Origin: Spirochaetia bacterium
GTDB lineage: Bacteria > Spirochaetota > Spirochaetia > UBA9216
Reading direction: 5' to 3'
DNA length: 64,000 bases
Assembly: GCA_963677925.2 (NCBI GenBank)
Contig: CAXXYH010000003.1
Span: 704,001 to 768,000 of the forward strand
Under the pieces are notes generated by a model. That model saw nothing but the letters and a program-made list of their open reading frames with translations, was not told where the DNA came from and ran no database searches. Shown here piece by piece: positions 37,872 to 47,472 of the stretch (the stretch's first letter is position 1; each line of letters opens with the position of its first letter). A program made the translations under genes and the position numbers.

Positions 37872-39827
37872 CTAAAGTGAGATTGCTGTATAGAATGCTT
37901 CCTGATTAGCATTATACAGATTTCGGCCGGTCCCCATACATGAGCCTACAGGATAAATGTATCCGGGATATTCGGACAGGAGCTTTTCAGACAATTCAAC
38001 AGCCGGTTCAACACCGGTTGCAATAATAAAGCTGTCAGCCTTTATTATATGCCGGCGGCCTTCAATATCTGTCGCGACAGCCCCATGCTCGGAAAACTTG
38101 CTGATTAATTTTCCGCCATCCAGAATTACATGATGCTTCTTTAATTTCTCCATCAACTCCATCCCGTAGAAATTCGGAAGACTTTCACCAAAGTGTTCTA
38201 CAGTGATATGATCAATTATTCTAATCTTTCGCCCCATTTCGGCAAGCATCAAGGCTGTTTCAAGCCCGCTCATTCCGGCTCCGCAGATAACAACCTCTTC
38301 ACCCGGAGTTCTTCTGCCGTAGAGAAGCTCTTTCAGCAGAATCACATTCGGACTTTCAAGACCGGTACAGTCAGGCATTTTATACCGGGAGCCGGTTGAT
38401 ACCACTACAGCATCAGGATTAATATCAGCTACTAGACAGTTTGTAACCTCTGTATTATAAACTATCTCAGTTCCTGATTTTCGAGTAGCACGGATATCCC
38501 ATTCAAGATATTCTTTCATATACTTTTTGAAAGGAATCATGCACCCGTCTGAAAGCAGTCCTCCAAGATGATCTGATTTTTCAAAAAGGATAACAGAGTG
38601 TCCCTTCCCTGACAAAGTCTGAGCGGCCATCATCCCTGCAGGTCCGCCGCCGGCTACCAGTATTTTCTTACTGTCCGACGGGGTTATAATACATCTGTTT
38701 TTAAAATCCATACCAAGCCACGGATTTACAGCACAGCGCATACTGATTCCGAATTTATGAAATTTTCCACATTCATCACATCTGCTGCATGGTCTGACAT
38801 CTTCAGGTTTACCCATAATAGCTTTTCGTATTAAACCGTTATCCGCCTGAAAAGCCTTGGCCATAGCAACAATATCAGCACTTCCGGAGGATATAATCAT
38901 ATTCGCATCGTCCACAGTATTAATGTTTCCGACGACAGCGACCGGAACTTTCAGTACCTGTTTTGCTTTTCTTGAAAACTCAACATTGTGAAGCCTGTCT
39001 TTAAAAAGAGTTGAAATTGCAAAACTTCCACCGCTTGTATAAATATTACCCCTTGAGATATGCACTATATCTATAAATTCTTCGGCTTCGATCATAAACT
39101 CAAGAGATTCATCGAACTCAAGCCCTCCCGGTGTATCCTCGGTAGCGCTTACACGAATCTCAATAATTACATTTTCGCCGACAGTATCCCGAACAGCCTT
39201 CAGAATCTCAAGCGGGTAACGTCTTCTTGCAGCCGGGGAACCTCCGTACTGATCTTTTCTGATATTACTTTCAGGCGAAAGGAACTGCCCAAGCAGATTG
39301 TTGTGACCGCACTGTATCATCAGCATTCTCATTCCGGCGTTTACACAGCGGGCAGCACATTCACAGAAACGAGACTTGATAAACTCAAGATCTTCTATAT
39401 CCATTTCTTTCAGACTGTCTGGACTTCTTCCCGGAAGAGGCACCACCGACGGAGCAAGGGCATAGCCTCCCTTTTGCGGAACTGCTCCCCTTCCTGCGTG
39501 TGAAAGCTGAATAGATATTTCCGCTCCGTTTTCTCTTGCTGCATTTACCAGCTTGGAAAGACCGAAAATACTTCGATCGTTTGTAATATCCATTTCACAA
39601 TGCCAGGAGGAATTACGATCATATACAACGGGAGCATTACCGAGGGTTACATAGGCTACACCGGTCTTGGCCTGAAATGCCACGTAATCGATCATTTCGG
39701 GAGTGACCTTTCCGTCCGGTGTACATCGAAGAACAACTGTCGGTGCATACTGCAGCCTGTTTTTTAGAGTAATTCCCCGTACAGTAATGGGTTTGAATAC
39801 TTCAGGATAACGGGTGTTTCTAAGCAG
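37872..39827 (-). CDS. NADH:flavin oxidoreductase (OYE-like FMN barrel, Fe-S, FAD domain); probable CTG start
   Basis: Frame extends 44 codons above ATG 39695 (LLRNTRYPEVFKPITVRGITLKNRL...) to a CTG 6 nt after AAGGAG. 'CSRCDEC...CAVNP', 'GGGPAGM'. Confidence 0.85.
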   Translation of the reverse strand: MLRNTRYPEVFKPITVRGITLKNRLQYAPTVVLRCTPDGKVTPEMIDYVAFQAKTGVAYVTLGNAPVVYDRNSSWHCEMDITNDRSIFGLSKLVNAARENGAEISIQLSHAGRGAVPQKGGYALAPSVVPLPGRSPDSLKEMDIEDLEFIKSRFCECAARCVNAGMRMLMIQCGHNNLLGQFLSPESNIRKDQYGGSPAARRRYPLEILKAVRDTVGENVIIEIRVSATEDTPGGLEFDESLEFMIEAEEFIDIVHISRGNIYTSGGSFAISTLFKDRLHNVEFSRKAKQVLKVPVAVVGNINTVDDANMIISSGSADIVAMAKAFQADNGLIRKAIMGKPEDVRPCSRCDECGKFHKFGISMRCAVNPWLGMDFKNRCIITPSDSKKILVAGGGPAGMMAAQTLSGKGHSVILFEKSDHLGGLLSDGCMIPFKKYMKEYLEWDIRATRKSGTEIVYNTEVTNCLVADINPDAVVVSTGSRYKMPDCTGLESPNVILLKELLYGRRTPGEEVVICGAGMSGLETALMLAEMGRKIRIIDHITVEHFGESLPNFYGMELMEKLKKHHVILDGGKLISKFSEHGAVATDIEGRRHIIKADSFIIATGVEPAVELSEKLLSEYPGYIYPVGSCMGTGRNLYNANQEAFYTAISL

Positions 39828-39867
39828 ACCCTGCTCCTTTCTGTGTTTTTATAAAACTACGGAGCTG

Positions 39868-39894
39868 CATTCAAAACTTTGTCAGTTTTGAATG
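39868..39894. other. Intergenic hairpin
   Basis: CATTCAAAACT-TTGTC-AGTTTTGAATG. Confidence 0.55.
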
Positions 39895-39899
39895 AGCCT

Positions 39900-40880
39900 C
39901 TACTGTATTTCGTAATAGAATAGACCGTCTTTTTCAGTCTGATTCAGTTTACCCCTGAACCGCAGATACTCAAGATGAGCATAGGCTTCACCAACTGCAA
40001 ACCATTTTTGTGAAACAGGGAAATCATTCCAGTCTTTGGCGCGAATTGACCACTTCATATATGAAGCTATGTCATAAGGCGTGGATTTACCTATCCTTGC
40101 AACAATATCCATGGTTTCATCAAGTCTGAGATCATGATGGTGAATTAATTCGCGGCTCCTTGCCTTTACATCACCTTCAATCTGACGATGGGCAGAAAAA
40201 GTTTTTTCAACATCAAGGTCTTCTATTTTCCTGAGACTTGTATAATAGGCTCCAAGAGGATCCGGAAGGGTTTTCCATGTTGTAATATTGGGAGAGATGC
40301 CGAATATCACATGGTCTCCACTGAAAAGAATTTTATGCTCAGCGTTGTGCAGACACATATGCCCCGGTGTGTGACCGGGAGTAAGAATACACCGCAGTTC
40401 AAAACCGCCGGGGTTCACTATCTCCCCGTCGGATACTGTGGTGTATGAGACATCCTCAGAGGGAAGATATATCATGGCGGGGTTCAGGCTTTTATTTCTC
40501 ATAAGATCATCATATGGAAAGCCTATCTGAAGATACTTCTGATCTATCTCTTCTTTATACTCATCGGTCATAAACTGAAGCATAAGATCAAGATCTTCAG
40601 AACTGACAAAAACTCTGCTTGAGCCGGAAGCAATGGAGGGAGTCAGCCCAATATGATCGGAATGCAGATGTGTAAGAAAAATGTCGGTTTTCGACATATC
40701 CACATCAAGTTCAGCAAGTCCGGCGTTCATGGCCTCAAGACATTCCTTCATATTGAATCCGGTGTCTATAAGCAGGTTTCTCTTGCTGCCTTTAATAAGG
40801 TAGCTGTTTAAATTTCTCAAAGGGTTTCCCGGCAGCGGTATATCAATTGAAAATACCCCGGGAATTAATTCATTTACCAT
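39900..40880 (-). CDS. MBL-fold metallo-hydrolase with C-terminal wHTH
   Basis: 'THLHSDHIG', 'TPGHTPGH', 'SGDH', 'SAH', 'EAYAHLEYL'. Confidence 0.9.
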   Translation of the reverse strand: MVNELIPGVFSIDIPLPGNPLRNLNSYLIKGSKRNLLIDTGFNMKECLEAMNAGLAELDVDMSKTDIFLTHLHSDHIGLTPSIASGSSRVFVSSEDLDLMLQFMTDEYKEEIDQKYLQIGFPYDDLMRNKSLNPAMIYLPSEDVSYTTVSDGEIVNPGGFELRCILTPGHTPGHMCLHNAEHKILFSGDHVIFGISPNITTWKTLPDPLGAYYTSLRKIEDLDVEKTFSAHRQIEGDVKARSRELIHHHDLRLDETMDIVARIGKSTPYDIASYMKWSIRAKDWNDFPVSQKWFAVGEAYAHLEYLRFRGKLNQTEKDGLFYYEIQ

Positions 40881-40884
40881 AAAA

Positions 40885-41544
40885 TTATCCGCGGCGTCTC
40901 CGTCTTGCTGGTGCTGCTGCTTCGAATGAACCGACAGGCACAGGAGCTTCAGGCGTTTTTGGAATAACGGCTCCGGCTTTGACTACAGCTTCGTGAGGGC
41001 AGACCTCAAGACATAATCCGCACTTTGTACATTTACTCTGATCGACAACATGAATAAGACCGTTATCGCCCAGGATTGCATTATCGGGGCACTTTTCCTT
41101 ACAGACTAAACAGCCCTGACATTTATCGGGGAGTATAGCAAAGTTGACAAACTTTTTACAGACGAGAGAGGAACATCTTTTCATACGAATATGTTTTCCC
41201 CATTCATCACTGTAATTACTAACAGAGGCTAAAACAAGCTCAGAGACCTTTTTTGCCATCTCACAGCCGGCAGTGTCCTGAATCACCTGACAAACATCGG
41301 TAATAAGTTCAAGATCCTCTGATTCTCCCTGATCCATTGTTATATCTGAAATTATTGTATAAATCTGCAGAAGGCCTTCCCGGCACATTACACATTTACC
41401 GCAGGAAGCTTTACTTCCTGTTTCAGCAATATTAAGCGCCCAGTCTACAGGACATACATCATCCTTCTTCTGAAGAATCTCACTTACATCCGGAAAAATC
41501 TCTCCGGTCTTTTCGCATAAAAACAGTTCTGTACTCTGGCTCAT
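40885..41544 (-). CDS. NuoF/HydB C-terminal-like Fe-S protein (N3-type cluster plus 2x[4Fe-4S]) lacking the FMN/NADH domain
   Basis: 'CPVD', 'SCGKCVMCREG...C', 'CQGCLVCKEKCP', 'CTKCGLCLEVCP'. ATG 41544 overlaps the upstream stop. Confidence 0.8.
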   Translation of the reverse strand: MSQSTELFLCEKTGEIFPDVSEILQKKDDVCPVDWALNIAETGSKASCGKCVMCREGLLQIYTIISDITMDQGESEDLELITDVCQVIQDTAGCEMAKKVSELVLASVSNYSDEWGKHIRMKRCSSLVCKKFVNFAILPDKCQGCLVCKEKCPDNAILGDNGLIHVVDQSKCTKCGLCLEVCPHEAVVKAGAVIPKTPEAPVPVGSFEAAAPARRRRRG

Positions 41545-43655
41545 TTCTTTATAAATTCCGTCCAAATTCTTGGTTTAGCAATCTTCATCCTGAGATCGCA
41601 CTGCAGGCAGCGTGCAGATTCTTCAGTCGCATTGCAGCTTGAAAATCCAAGATCAACCCTGGCAAAACTGCCGACCCGGGCTTCTGCCGGAGCAAGATCT
41701 GTATGTTTTCTCATTTCAAGAGCAAAGCCTTCTATCTGTCCGATATTATCTTCAGCCGGTTCCTGCTCAAGCAGCACTTCACCAACAGCACCGTCTCCAC
41801 CGAGATAGATATCTATGGCAGATGCAGCATCCTTACCTCTTGCGATTCCCTCGATAACAAACTTTGTACCGCTGACAACATCTCCGGCGGCAAACACGCC
41901 TTCGACGCTTGTTTCATATTTACCCGGCTTAACATCAATAAAACCGAAGGGGGTAAGTTCCAGGCCGAATGACTCATCGATATCTGTTTTCTGTCCGGTT
42001 GCAAAAATAATTGTATCTGCAGGTATAACAGATTCAGAATCAGGAGCAATGTCCATAACAAGCTTTCTTTCTGCATCAAAGTGAAAACTGTTAACTCCTG
42101 CACTTCTTATTCCTGAAGGTCTTCCGTCTTTTTCTTCTATGGCAATCATCGTACGGGAATTATGAATTTTAACTCCTTCCTCCCGGCCCTGTACTATTTC
42201 TTCCTCATCGGCGAGCATTTTTCCATCGGCCTCAAGGCAGACCATATTGACATCTTCAATTCCGAGCCTTCTGCAGACCCTGGCAATATCAAAGGCAACG
42301 TTTCCGCCTCCGAGTACAGCAACACTGTTTCCCAGCTCAACCTTATTACCGAGTGCAGTCTCGCGAAGAACATCAAGTGCTGTATACACATAGGGAAGAT
42401 CAGAACCGGGTATACCGATTTTTCGTCCCGCAGATGCGCCGACTGCCACAAGTACTGAATCAAAACCGTCTTTCAGTAAAGCCGGAGCGTTTTCAACCGG
42501 AGCCCCGGTTTTAAGAGTAATTCCGTCAGCTACAACGGTGTCGACTTCCTTTTTGATTAGGTCTCTGGGCATTCTATATTCCGGGATACCGTATGCAAGC
42601 ATACCGCCGGCAACCGGAAGTTTTTCAAAGACAGTAACATCATGGCCGCAGCGGTTAAGAAAATAAGCGGCAGTGATTCCGCAGGGTCCGCCTCCGACTA
42701 TTGCTACCTTCTTGCCGGTTGCAGGTTTCTTCTCATGCTTTTCTTTCCAGACCTCATCGAAATCGTGCTCCGCTGCAAAGCGCTTGATGTCCCTGATAGA
42801 TACGGGATCATTCAGGCTGTTTCGCTTGCACTCAGACTCGCAGAGTCTGTTGCAGACATAACCAAGACTGATTGGAAAAGGTGCCTTTTCACGGATTACA
42901 GCTGTGGCTTCAGAATACCTGCCTTCCTTTGCAAGTCTAACGTAACGAGGTATATCTATATGAGCGGGACAGCCCACACGGCAAGGTATCTTGGCTATAT
43001 CAGCCGGAGCATCTTTTTTGAATATTCCGTCTGCATCTCTGAGAGCTCCTGTCGGACAAACCTCAATACAGGCTCCGCAGAAGCGGCAGTTTGATTCGAT
43101 CAGGGACAAATCGTCAGTAGTACCTACATAACTTTCTCCGTCATGGTTTCTGTAATCAAGTACTTTTACACCGCGCAGTTCATTACATGCACGAACACAG
43201 CGGCCGCACTGAATACATCTTTCCATTTCACGGACAATCAGCGGATTATTAGTGTTAAGGTTTATAGTCTTCTTTTTTATATCTCGCATTCTGGAATGTG
43301 CAGCACTCAGGTACTGCATCATTGCCTGAAGTTCGCAGTTAAGGTAAACTACACATGATGTACAGTCATGCGGATGACACGCCAGCATCAGCTCTAAAGC
43401 CGTAACCCGCAGATGGTGGAGCTTGTCGGATTTTGTATTTACAACCATCCCTTCGGAAGCCTCTGTCATACAGGAAAGTACTGTATCTCCGCCGGTTTCG
43501 ACAACACAGAGTTTACATTCTCCCTGGGGAGACAAATCAGGATGTGAACAAATATGCGGAATATAAACACCGGCATCGAGGGCTGCGTCAAGAACACTCT
43601 GTCCTTCTGCGGCTTTTACTTCAACACCATCAATAGTAAGTGAAATCTCTTTCAA
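41541..43655 (-). CDS. Fusion of a NuoG/HydA-type N-terminal Fe-S relay with a GltD/NfnA-type FAD-NAD(P)H domain
   Basis: [2Fe-2S] 'IPHIC...CKLCVVE...SC', 'HPHDCTSC...CELQ', 2x[4Fe-4S]; then 'PCRVGCPAH', 'GYVCNRLCESEC', 'GGGPCG', 'GGGNVAFD', 'FAAGD', 'RCLQC'. No H-cluster or Mo motifs. Confidence 0.85.
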   Translation of the reverse strand: MKEISLTIDGVEVKAAEGQSVLDAALDAGVYIPHICSHPDLSPQGECKLCVVETGGDTVLSCMTEASEGMVVNTKSDKLHHLRVTALELMLACHPHDCTSCVVYLNCELQAMMQYLSAAHSRMRDIKKKTINLNTNNPLIVREMERCIQCGRCVRACNELRGVKVLDYRNHDGESYVGTTDDLSLIESNCRFCGACIEVCPTGALRDADGIFKKDAPADIAKIPCRVGCPAHIDIPRYVRLAKEGRYSEATAVIREKAPFPISLGYVCNRLCESECKRNSLNDPVSIRDIKRFAAEHDFDEVWKEKHEKKPATGKKVAIVGGGPCGITAAYFLNRCGHDVTVFEKLPVAGGMLAYGIPEYRMPRDLIKKEVDTVVADGITLKTGAPVENAPALLKDGFDSVLVAVGASAGRKIGIPGSDLPYVYTALDVLRETALGNKVELGNSVAVLGGGNVAFDIARVCRRLGIEDVNMVCLEADGKMLADEEEIVQGREEGVKIHNSRTMIAIEEKDGRPSGIRSAGVNSFHFDAERKLVMDIAPDSESVIPADTIIFATGQKTDIDESFGLELTPFGFIDVKPGKYETSVEGVFAAGDVVSGTKFVIEGIARGKDAASAIDIYLGGDGAVGEVLLEQEPAEDNIGQIEGFALEMRKHTDLAPAEARVGSFARVDLGFSSCNATEESARCLQCDLRMKIAKPRIWTEFIKK

Positions 43656-43877
43656 GAAAATTACTCCTGGTAAAATTAGTTGTGTCTTTTAAAGGATGAT
43701 AAATGATATCAAACATTACTTGTGTTGGTAAGCTGCAATTCTTTAGATCACACAATCAGTTTTATACTTTCAATTACCCCGTACTTGATACAATTATGAA
43801 TGTCCGATCTATAATACTGAAGATGGTGTTCTGTGCTTTTATAAAGTATTATAAGTAAAGGAATAACAGTAACAACA

Positions 43878-45251
43878 ATGAGTATCTACAATACAGAAGC
43901 CATTTCCCGCCTGATGAGAAATTCAGCGGCAGAGAAGAACCAGCTTAGTATCACAACACTTTGCGACAGTAAGTGCATCTACTGCGGTCAGAAGCAGGAT
44001 TTTACTGATTTCCAGTCAGTACGAAACGGGCATAAGGATATTACAGCAATCCGAAACAGTATTGCTCAGCTTGATCCGGAAATTCCGATTTCAATAGGAC
44101 AGTCGGATATCCTTGTAACTGAAGGAGAACCATTTCTGCACCCGGATTTCAGAAAGATAATAAGGCATATACGGGATATACACCCTGCCGCCCCGATTGA
44201 GATTACAACAAACGGACATTTTCTGACAGCTGATAATATTAACTTTCTTAATGATATGGGTGATGTTTATATCAAGGTCATTATTAACAGTTCTGAATCC
44301 TATATCAGAAAATCTGTCATGGGTGATCATGAGCTTCTCTCTGAAAATACAATTAACGGAATTATTCTTCTCGGTGAATCAGAGATTACTTACAGCGGAA
44401 TAATAATAGCCGTACCCGAGCTGATTGACGAAGAACAGCTGCTTCAGACAGCTTTATTCCTTGACGCTAATAGAGCTGATAAAATAGAAATCAGCCTGCC
44501 TTTATGCTCCGCTTTTATTGAACGTAACCTTTTTCCTGAGCTGCGGAAAGTATACTGTGAGCTCCGTTCTAAAATAAAAAATATTTCCTCTCGGATAAAT
44601 ACCCCTATAAACCTGGCGTCAGAACTGATACAGGATTTACTTCCTGTTGTCACCGGGGTAGTTAAAAACGCTCCGGCCTGGGACGCAGGAATCAGAACCG
44701 GTGACATTATTCTGGCTGTAAACGGAAAGATTCCTTTATGCAGAGAAGATGCTTTCAATATGCTCTCTATACCGGGACCTGTAGAAGCTGCTGTAAAATG
44801 TGATGAATCAGTGGAAACTCTCAAATGGTCAAACCCATATCAGTATTGTTCAGGAATTATAATGGAAAATGACTTCAGCCCAAACCGGGCTGAATATATC
44901 CGGATGGCAGTTGAAAAAAACAAGGGTAAATCACTTCTGCTGTGTTCAGAGACAGGGTTCGGAATCCTCTCTGCTGTTTTAAAAAAGCTTAAGCTGAAAC
45001 AGGATGACGCTCAGGCAGTTCTTGTTTCCTGCGAAAGATCTGACAGCCTTATCGCAACAGATAAGATTCTCAGCATCGACGACTATGAAAATGCCTATAG
45101 GATGTTTATGGCTGATTCCGTTGAAAAAGCTAATCAAATCACTCAGCTGATTCTGCCTCAGGAAAGTTTTGATTCTGAAGGCTATGATTATAATATGCTG
45201 GATTTCATGGATCTTGAATCAAGAACCGGATTGAAGGTTACAGTAATTTGA
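43878..45251 (+). CDS. Radical SAM-PDZ-DUF512-like protein
   Basis: 'TLCDSKCIYC', 'EGEPFLHP', 'ITTNG', PDZ 'VTGVVKNAPAWDAGIRTGDIILAVNG', C-terminal 'LILPQESFD.EGYD'. Confidence 0.75.
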   Translation: MSIYNTEAISRLMRNSAAEKNQLSITTLCDSKCIYCGQKQDFTDFQSVRNGHKDITAIRNSIAQLDPEIPISIGQSDILVTEGEPFLHPDFRKIIRHIRDIHPAAPIEITTNGHFLTADNINFLNDMGDVYIKVIINSSESYIRKSVMGDHELLSENTINGIILLGESEITYSGIIIAVPELIDEEQLLQTALFLDANRADKIEISLPLCSAFIERNLFPELRKVYCELRSKIKNISSRINTPINLASELIQDLLPVVTGVVKNAPAWDAGIRTGDIILAVNGKIPLCREDAFNMLSIPGPVEAAVKCDESVETLKWSNPYQYCSGIIMENDFSPNRAEYIRMAVEKNKGKSLLLCSETGFGILSAVLKKLKLKQDDAQAVLVSCERSDSLIATDKILSIDDYENAYRMFMADSVEKANQITQLILPQESFDSEGYDYNMLDFMDLESRTGLKVTVI

Positions 45252-47467
45252 ATGACAGAAGCTGGATTAAGCATGAAAACGGCTATACGGTAGTACGAAG
45301 CACCGCAAGAACAGCTCCGGGCTGCCATCAGGGATGCGGCGTACTGCTTTACACCAGAGACGGCAAACTTGAAAAAGTGCGAGGAAATCCGGAATTCCCT
45401 TTCAGCGAAGGAAAGATATGCCCCAGATGTTCTGTCCTGCCTGAAGTTGTTTATCATCCGGACAGAATTCTCCACCCTCTAAAAAGAGCAGGTAGAAAGG
45501 GAGAAGACTGCTGGGAACAGATCAGCTGGGACGAAGCATACACAATAATTGCAGATAAATTTAATTCATACAAAGCCGAATTCGGAGCGGAATCGGTCAT
45601 TTTCTGTACAGGAACACAAAGAGACATAGCCTCATACATGAACAGGATGGCTACGGCTTTTGGAAGCCCGCATACACTCTCTTTCGGACCTCTGCTCGGC
45701 CATGCCTGCTTTGTCCCCAGAATAGCTGCATCTATGTTCACCTGCGGTGGGTTTCCGGTTGCAGACTGCTCCCAGTATTTCGAGGATCGCTGGGATAATC
45801 CTGAATGGAAACGGCCTGAAACCATTATAATCTGGGGGAAGTCTCCCGCCCAGTCCAATTCGGATGGATTTCTGGGAAGCTGGATAAGCAGGTGCCTGAA
45901 GATGGGCAGCAGGATGATAGTGATTGACCCGAGAAAAACTGTTACGGCGTCAAAGGCGGACAGCTGGCTACAGCTGCGCCCCGGAACCGACGGGGCACTG
46001 GCTATGGGGTTTCTCCATGTTATTATCAAAGAGAAGCTATATGACGACGATTTTGTTGAAAACTGGACCATCGGATTTGATGAACTTAAAACAGCAGTTA
46101 CAGAGTATACACCGGAAAAGGCCTCTGAAATAACATGGATTCCTGCACAGAAAATAATTGAAGCCGCCCGTGATTACGCCCGGGCGGCCCCGGGACTCAT
46201 TTTATGGGGAGTGGCAGTAGATCAGTCCAAAGAATGCATTCCGGCAATACACGCAATACTTGCGCTTAAGGCCATAACAGGAAACCTCGATACTCCCGGC
46301 GGAAATGTTTTTACAGGCAGAAACTTTGAGTTTGATGCAATGTTTCGATGGAATGATGTTGAACTGCCTCCCGGACAAAGGGACAAGGCATTTGGAATTG
46401 ACGGACATCCTCTTCTTCAGGCGATAAATCTTTACAAGGGTGATGATGTTCTTGAACAGATGCTCAGTGCTGAGCCCTACCCTGTTAAAGCGGCATGGAT
46501 TCAGGGAACAAATACATTCGTCTGCGGCTCCGGAGACTCTAAAAGAACCTATGAGGCATTTAAAAACCTCGATTTCACCGTTGTTGTCGATGTTTTTATG
46601 ACACCTACTGCAATGGCCTTTGCCGACATTGTCCTGCCTGCAGCAGCATATCCTGAAAAGGACGGAATAGCTGTTACCGACGGGTCCAACTATCTTGCAA
46701 CAATTAATAAAGCCATCGAACCTCCGGGCGAATGCCGCTCTGATGCACAGATTGTTCTTGAACTTGGAAAGAAATTAAACCCGGCAGACTGGCCGTGGAG
46801 AAACACTCTTGAGATGTTTGATTACATGCTTGAAAGAACCGGCTTCACTTTTGCAGAGCTGAGAGACAAGGGATGGGCTTATGACAGTTTTTCATACAGA
46901 AGATATGAAAGAGGTCTATTACGGGCTGACGGAAAACCGGGATTTAACACTCCCTCAGGGAAGATTGAGCTGTCATCCAGTCTATTCAGGCAGTGGGGCC
47001 TGTCACCGGTTCCATATTATGAAGAACCGCCGGAAAGTCCTGTGAGCACTCCGGAGCTGTTCTCACAGTATCCGTTAATCCTTACTACCGGCGGTAAAAC
47101 CAAGGCGTTTTTTCATTCCGAACAGAGACAGATAAAAAGCCTCAGAAAAATGAACCCCGATCCGCTTCTTGAAATACATCCGGATACCGCAGCTAATCTC
47201 GGAATCTCAGATGGTGATTATGTATATATTGAAAATGCTCACGGAAAATGTATACAGAGAGCAAAACTGACTGAGGGGATACATCAGAAGGTTGTACATG
47301 CTCAGCACGGGTGGTGGTTTCCTGAAAAAGCAGCTTCGGAACCTGAACTCTTCGGTGCCTGGGAATCTAATATAAACCTGCTGCTGCCTAAGGGCTGGAC
47401 AGGCCGTTCCGGGCTGGGATACCCGTTTAAATCTCAGATTTGTAAGGTTTATAAAAAGATAGATTAA
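45248..47467 (+). CDS. Cytoplasmic bis-MGD Mo/W oxidoreductase (DMSO reductase family; acetylene-hydratase/catechol-dehydroxylase-like clade)
   Basis: 'PGCHQGCG...ICPR', 'YHPDRILHPLKR', 'ISWDEA', 'GHACFVPR', 'LRPGTDGALA', 'ADIVLPAA', 'HSEQRQ', 'HGWWFPE'. No Tat signal; TTG start overlaps the upstream TGA. Confidence 0.88.
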   Translation: MNDRSWIKHENGYTVVRSTARTAPGCHQGCGVLLYTRDGKLEKVRGNPEFPFSEGKICPRCSVLPEVVYHPDRILHPLKRAGRKGEDCWEQISWDEAYTIIADKFNSYKAEFGAESVIFCTGTQRDIASYMNRMATAFGSPHTLSFGPLLGHACFVPRIAASMFTCGGFPVADCSQYFEDRWDNPEWKRPETIIIWGKSPAQSNSDGFLGSWISRCLKMGSRMIVIDPRKTVTASKADSWLQLRPGTDGALAMGFLHVIIKEKLYDDDFVENWTIGFDELKTAVTEYTPEKASEITWIPAQKIIEAARDYARAAPGLILWGVAVDQSKECIPAIHAILALKAITGNLDTPGGNVFTGRNFEFDAMFRWNDVELPPGQRDKAFGIDGHPLLQAINLYKGDDVLEQMLSAEPYPVKAAWIQGTNTFVCGSGDSKRTYEAFKNLDFTVVVDVFMTPTAMAFADIVLPAAAYPEKDGIAVTDGSNYLATINKAIEPPGECRSDAQIVLELGKKLNPADWPWRNTLEMFDYMLERTGFTFAELRDKGWAYDSFSYRRYERGLLRADGKPGFNTPSGKIELSSSLFRQWGLSPVPYYEEPPESPVSTPELFSQYPLILTTGGKTKAFFHSEQRQIKSLRKMNPDPLLEIHPDTAANLGISDGDYVYIENAHGKCIQRAKLTEGIHQKVVHAQHGWWFPEKAASEPELFGAWESNINLLLPKGWTGRSGLGYPFKSQICKVYKKID

Positions 47468-47472
47468 AAAGC

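Noticed and set aside
41541-43655. [FeFe]-hydrogenase, formate dehydrogenase or glutamate synthase
   Set aside because: No H-cluster motifs, no molybdopterin domain and no gltB nearby.
45248-47467. True acetylene hydratase, or a selenocysteine-containing Mo enzyme
   Set aside because: The catalytic Asp position is His, the first cluster Cys is absent, and the ORF is uninterrupted with a Cys ligand codon.
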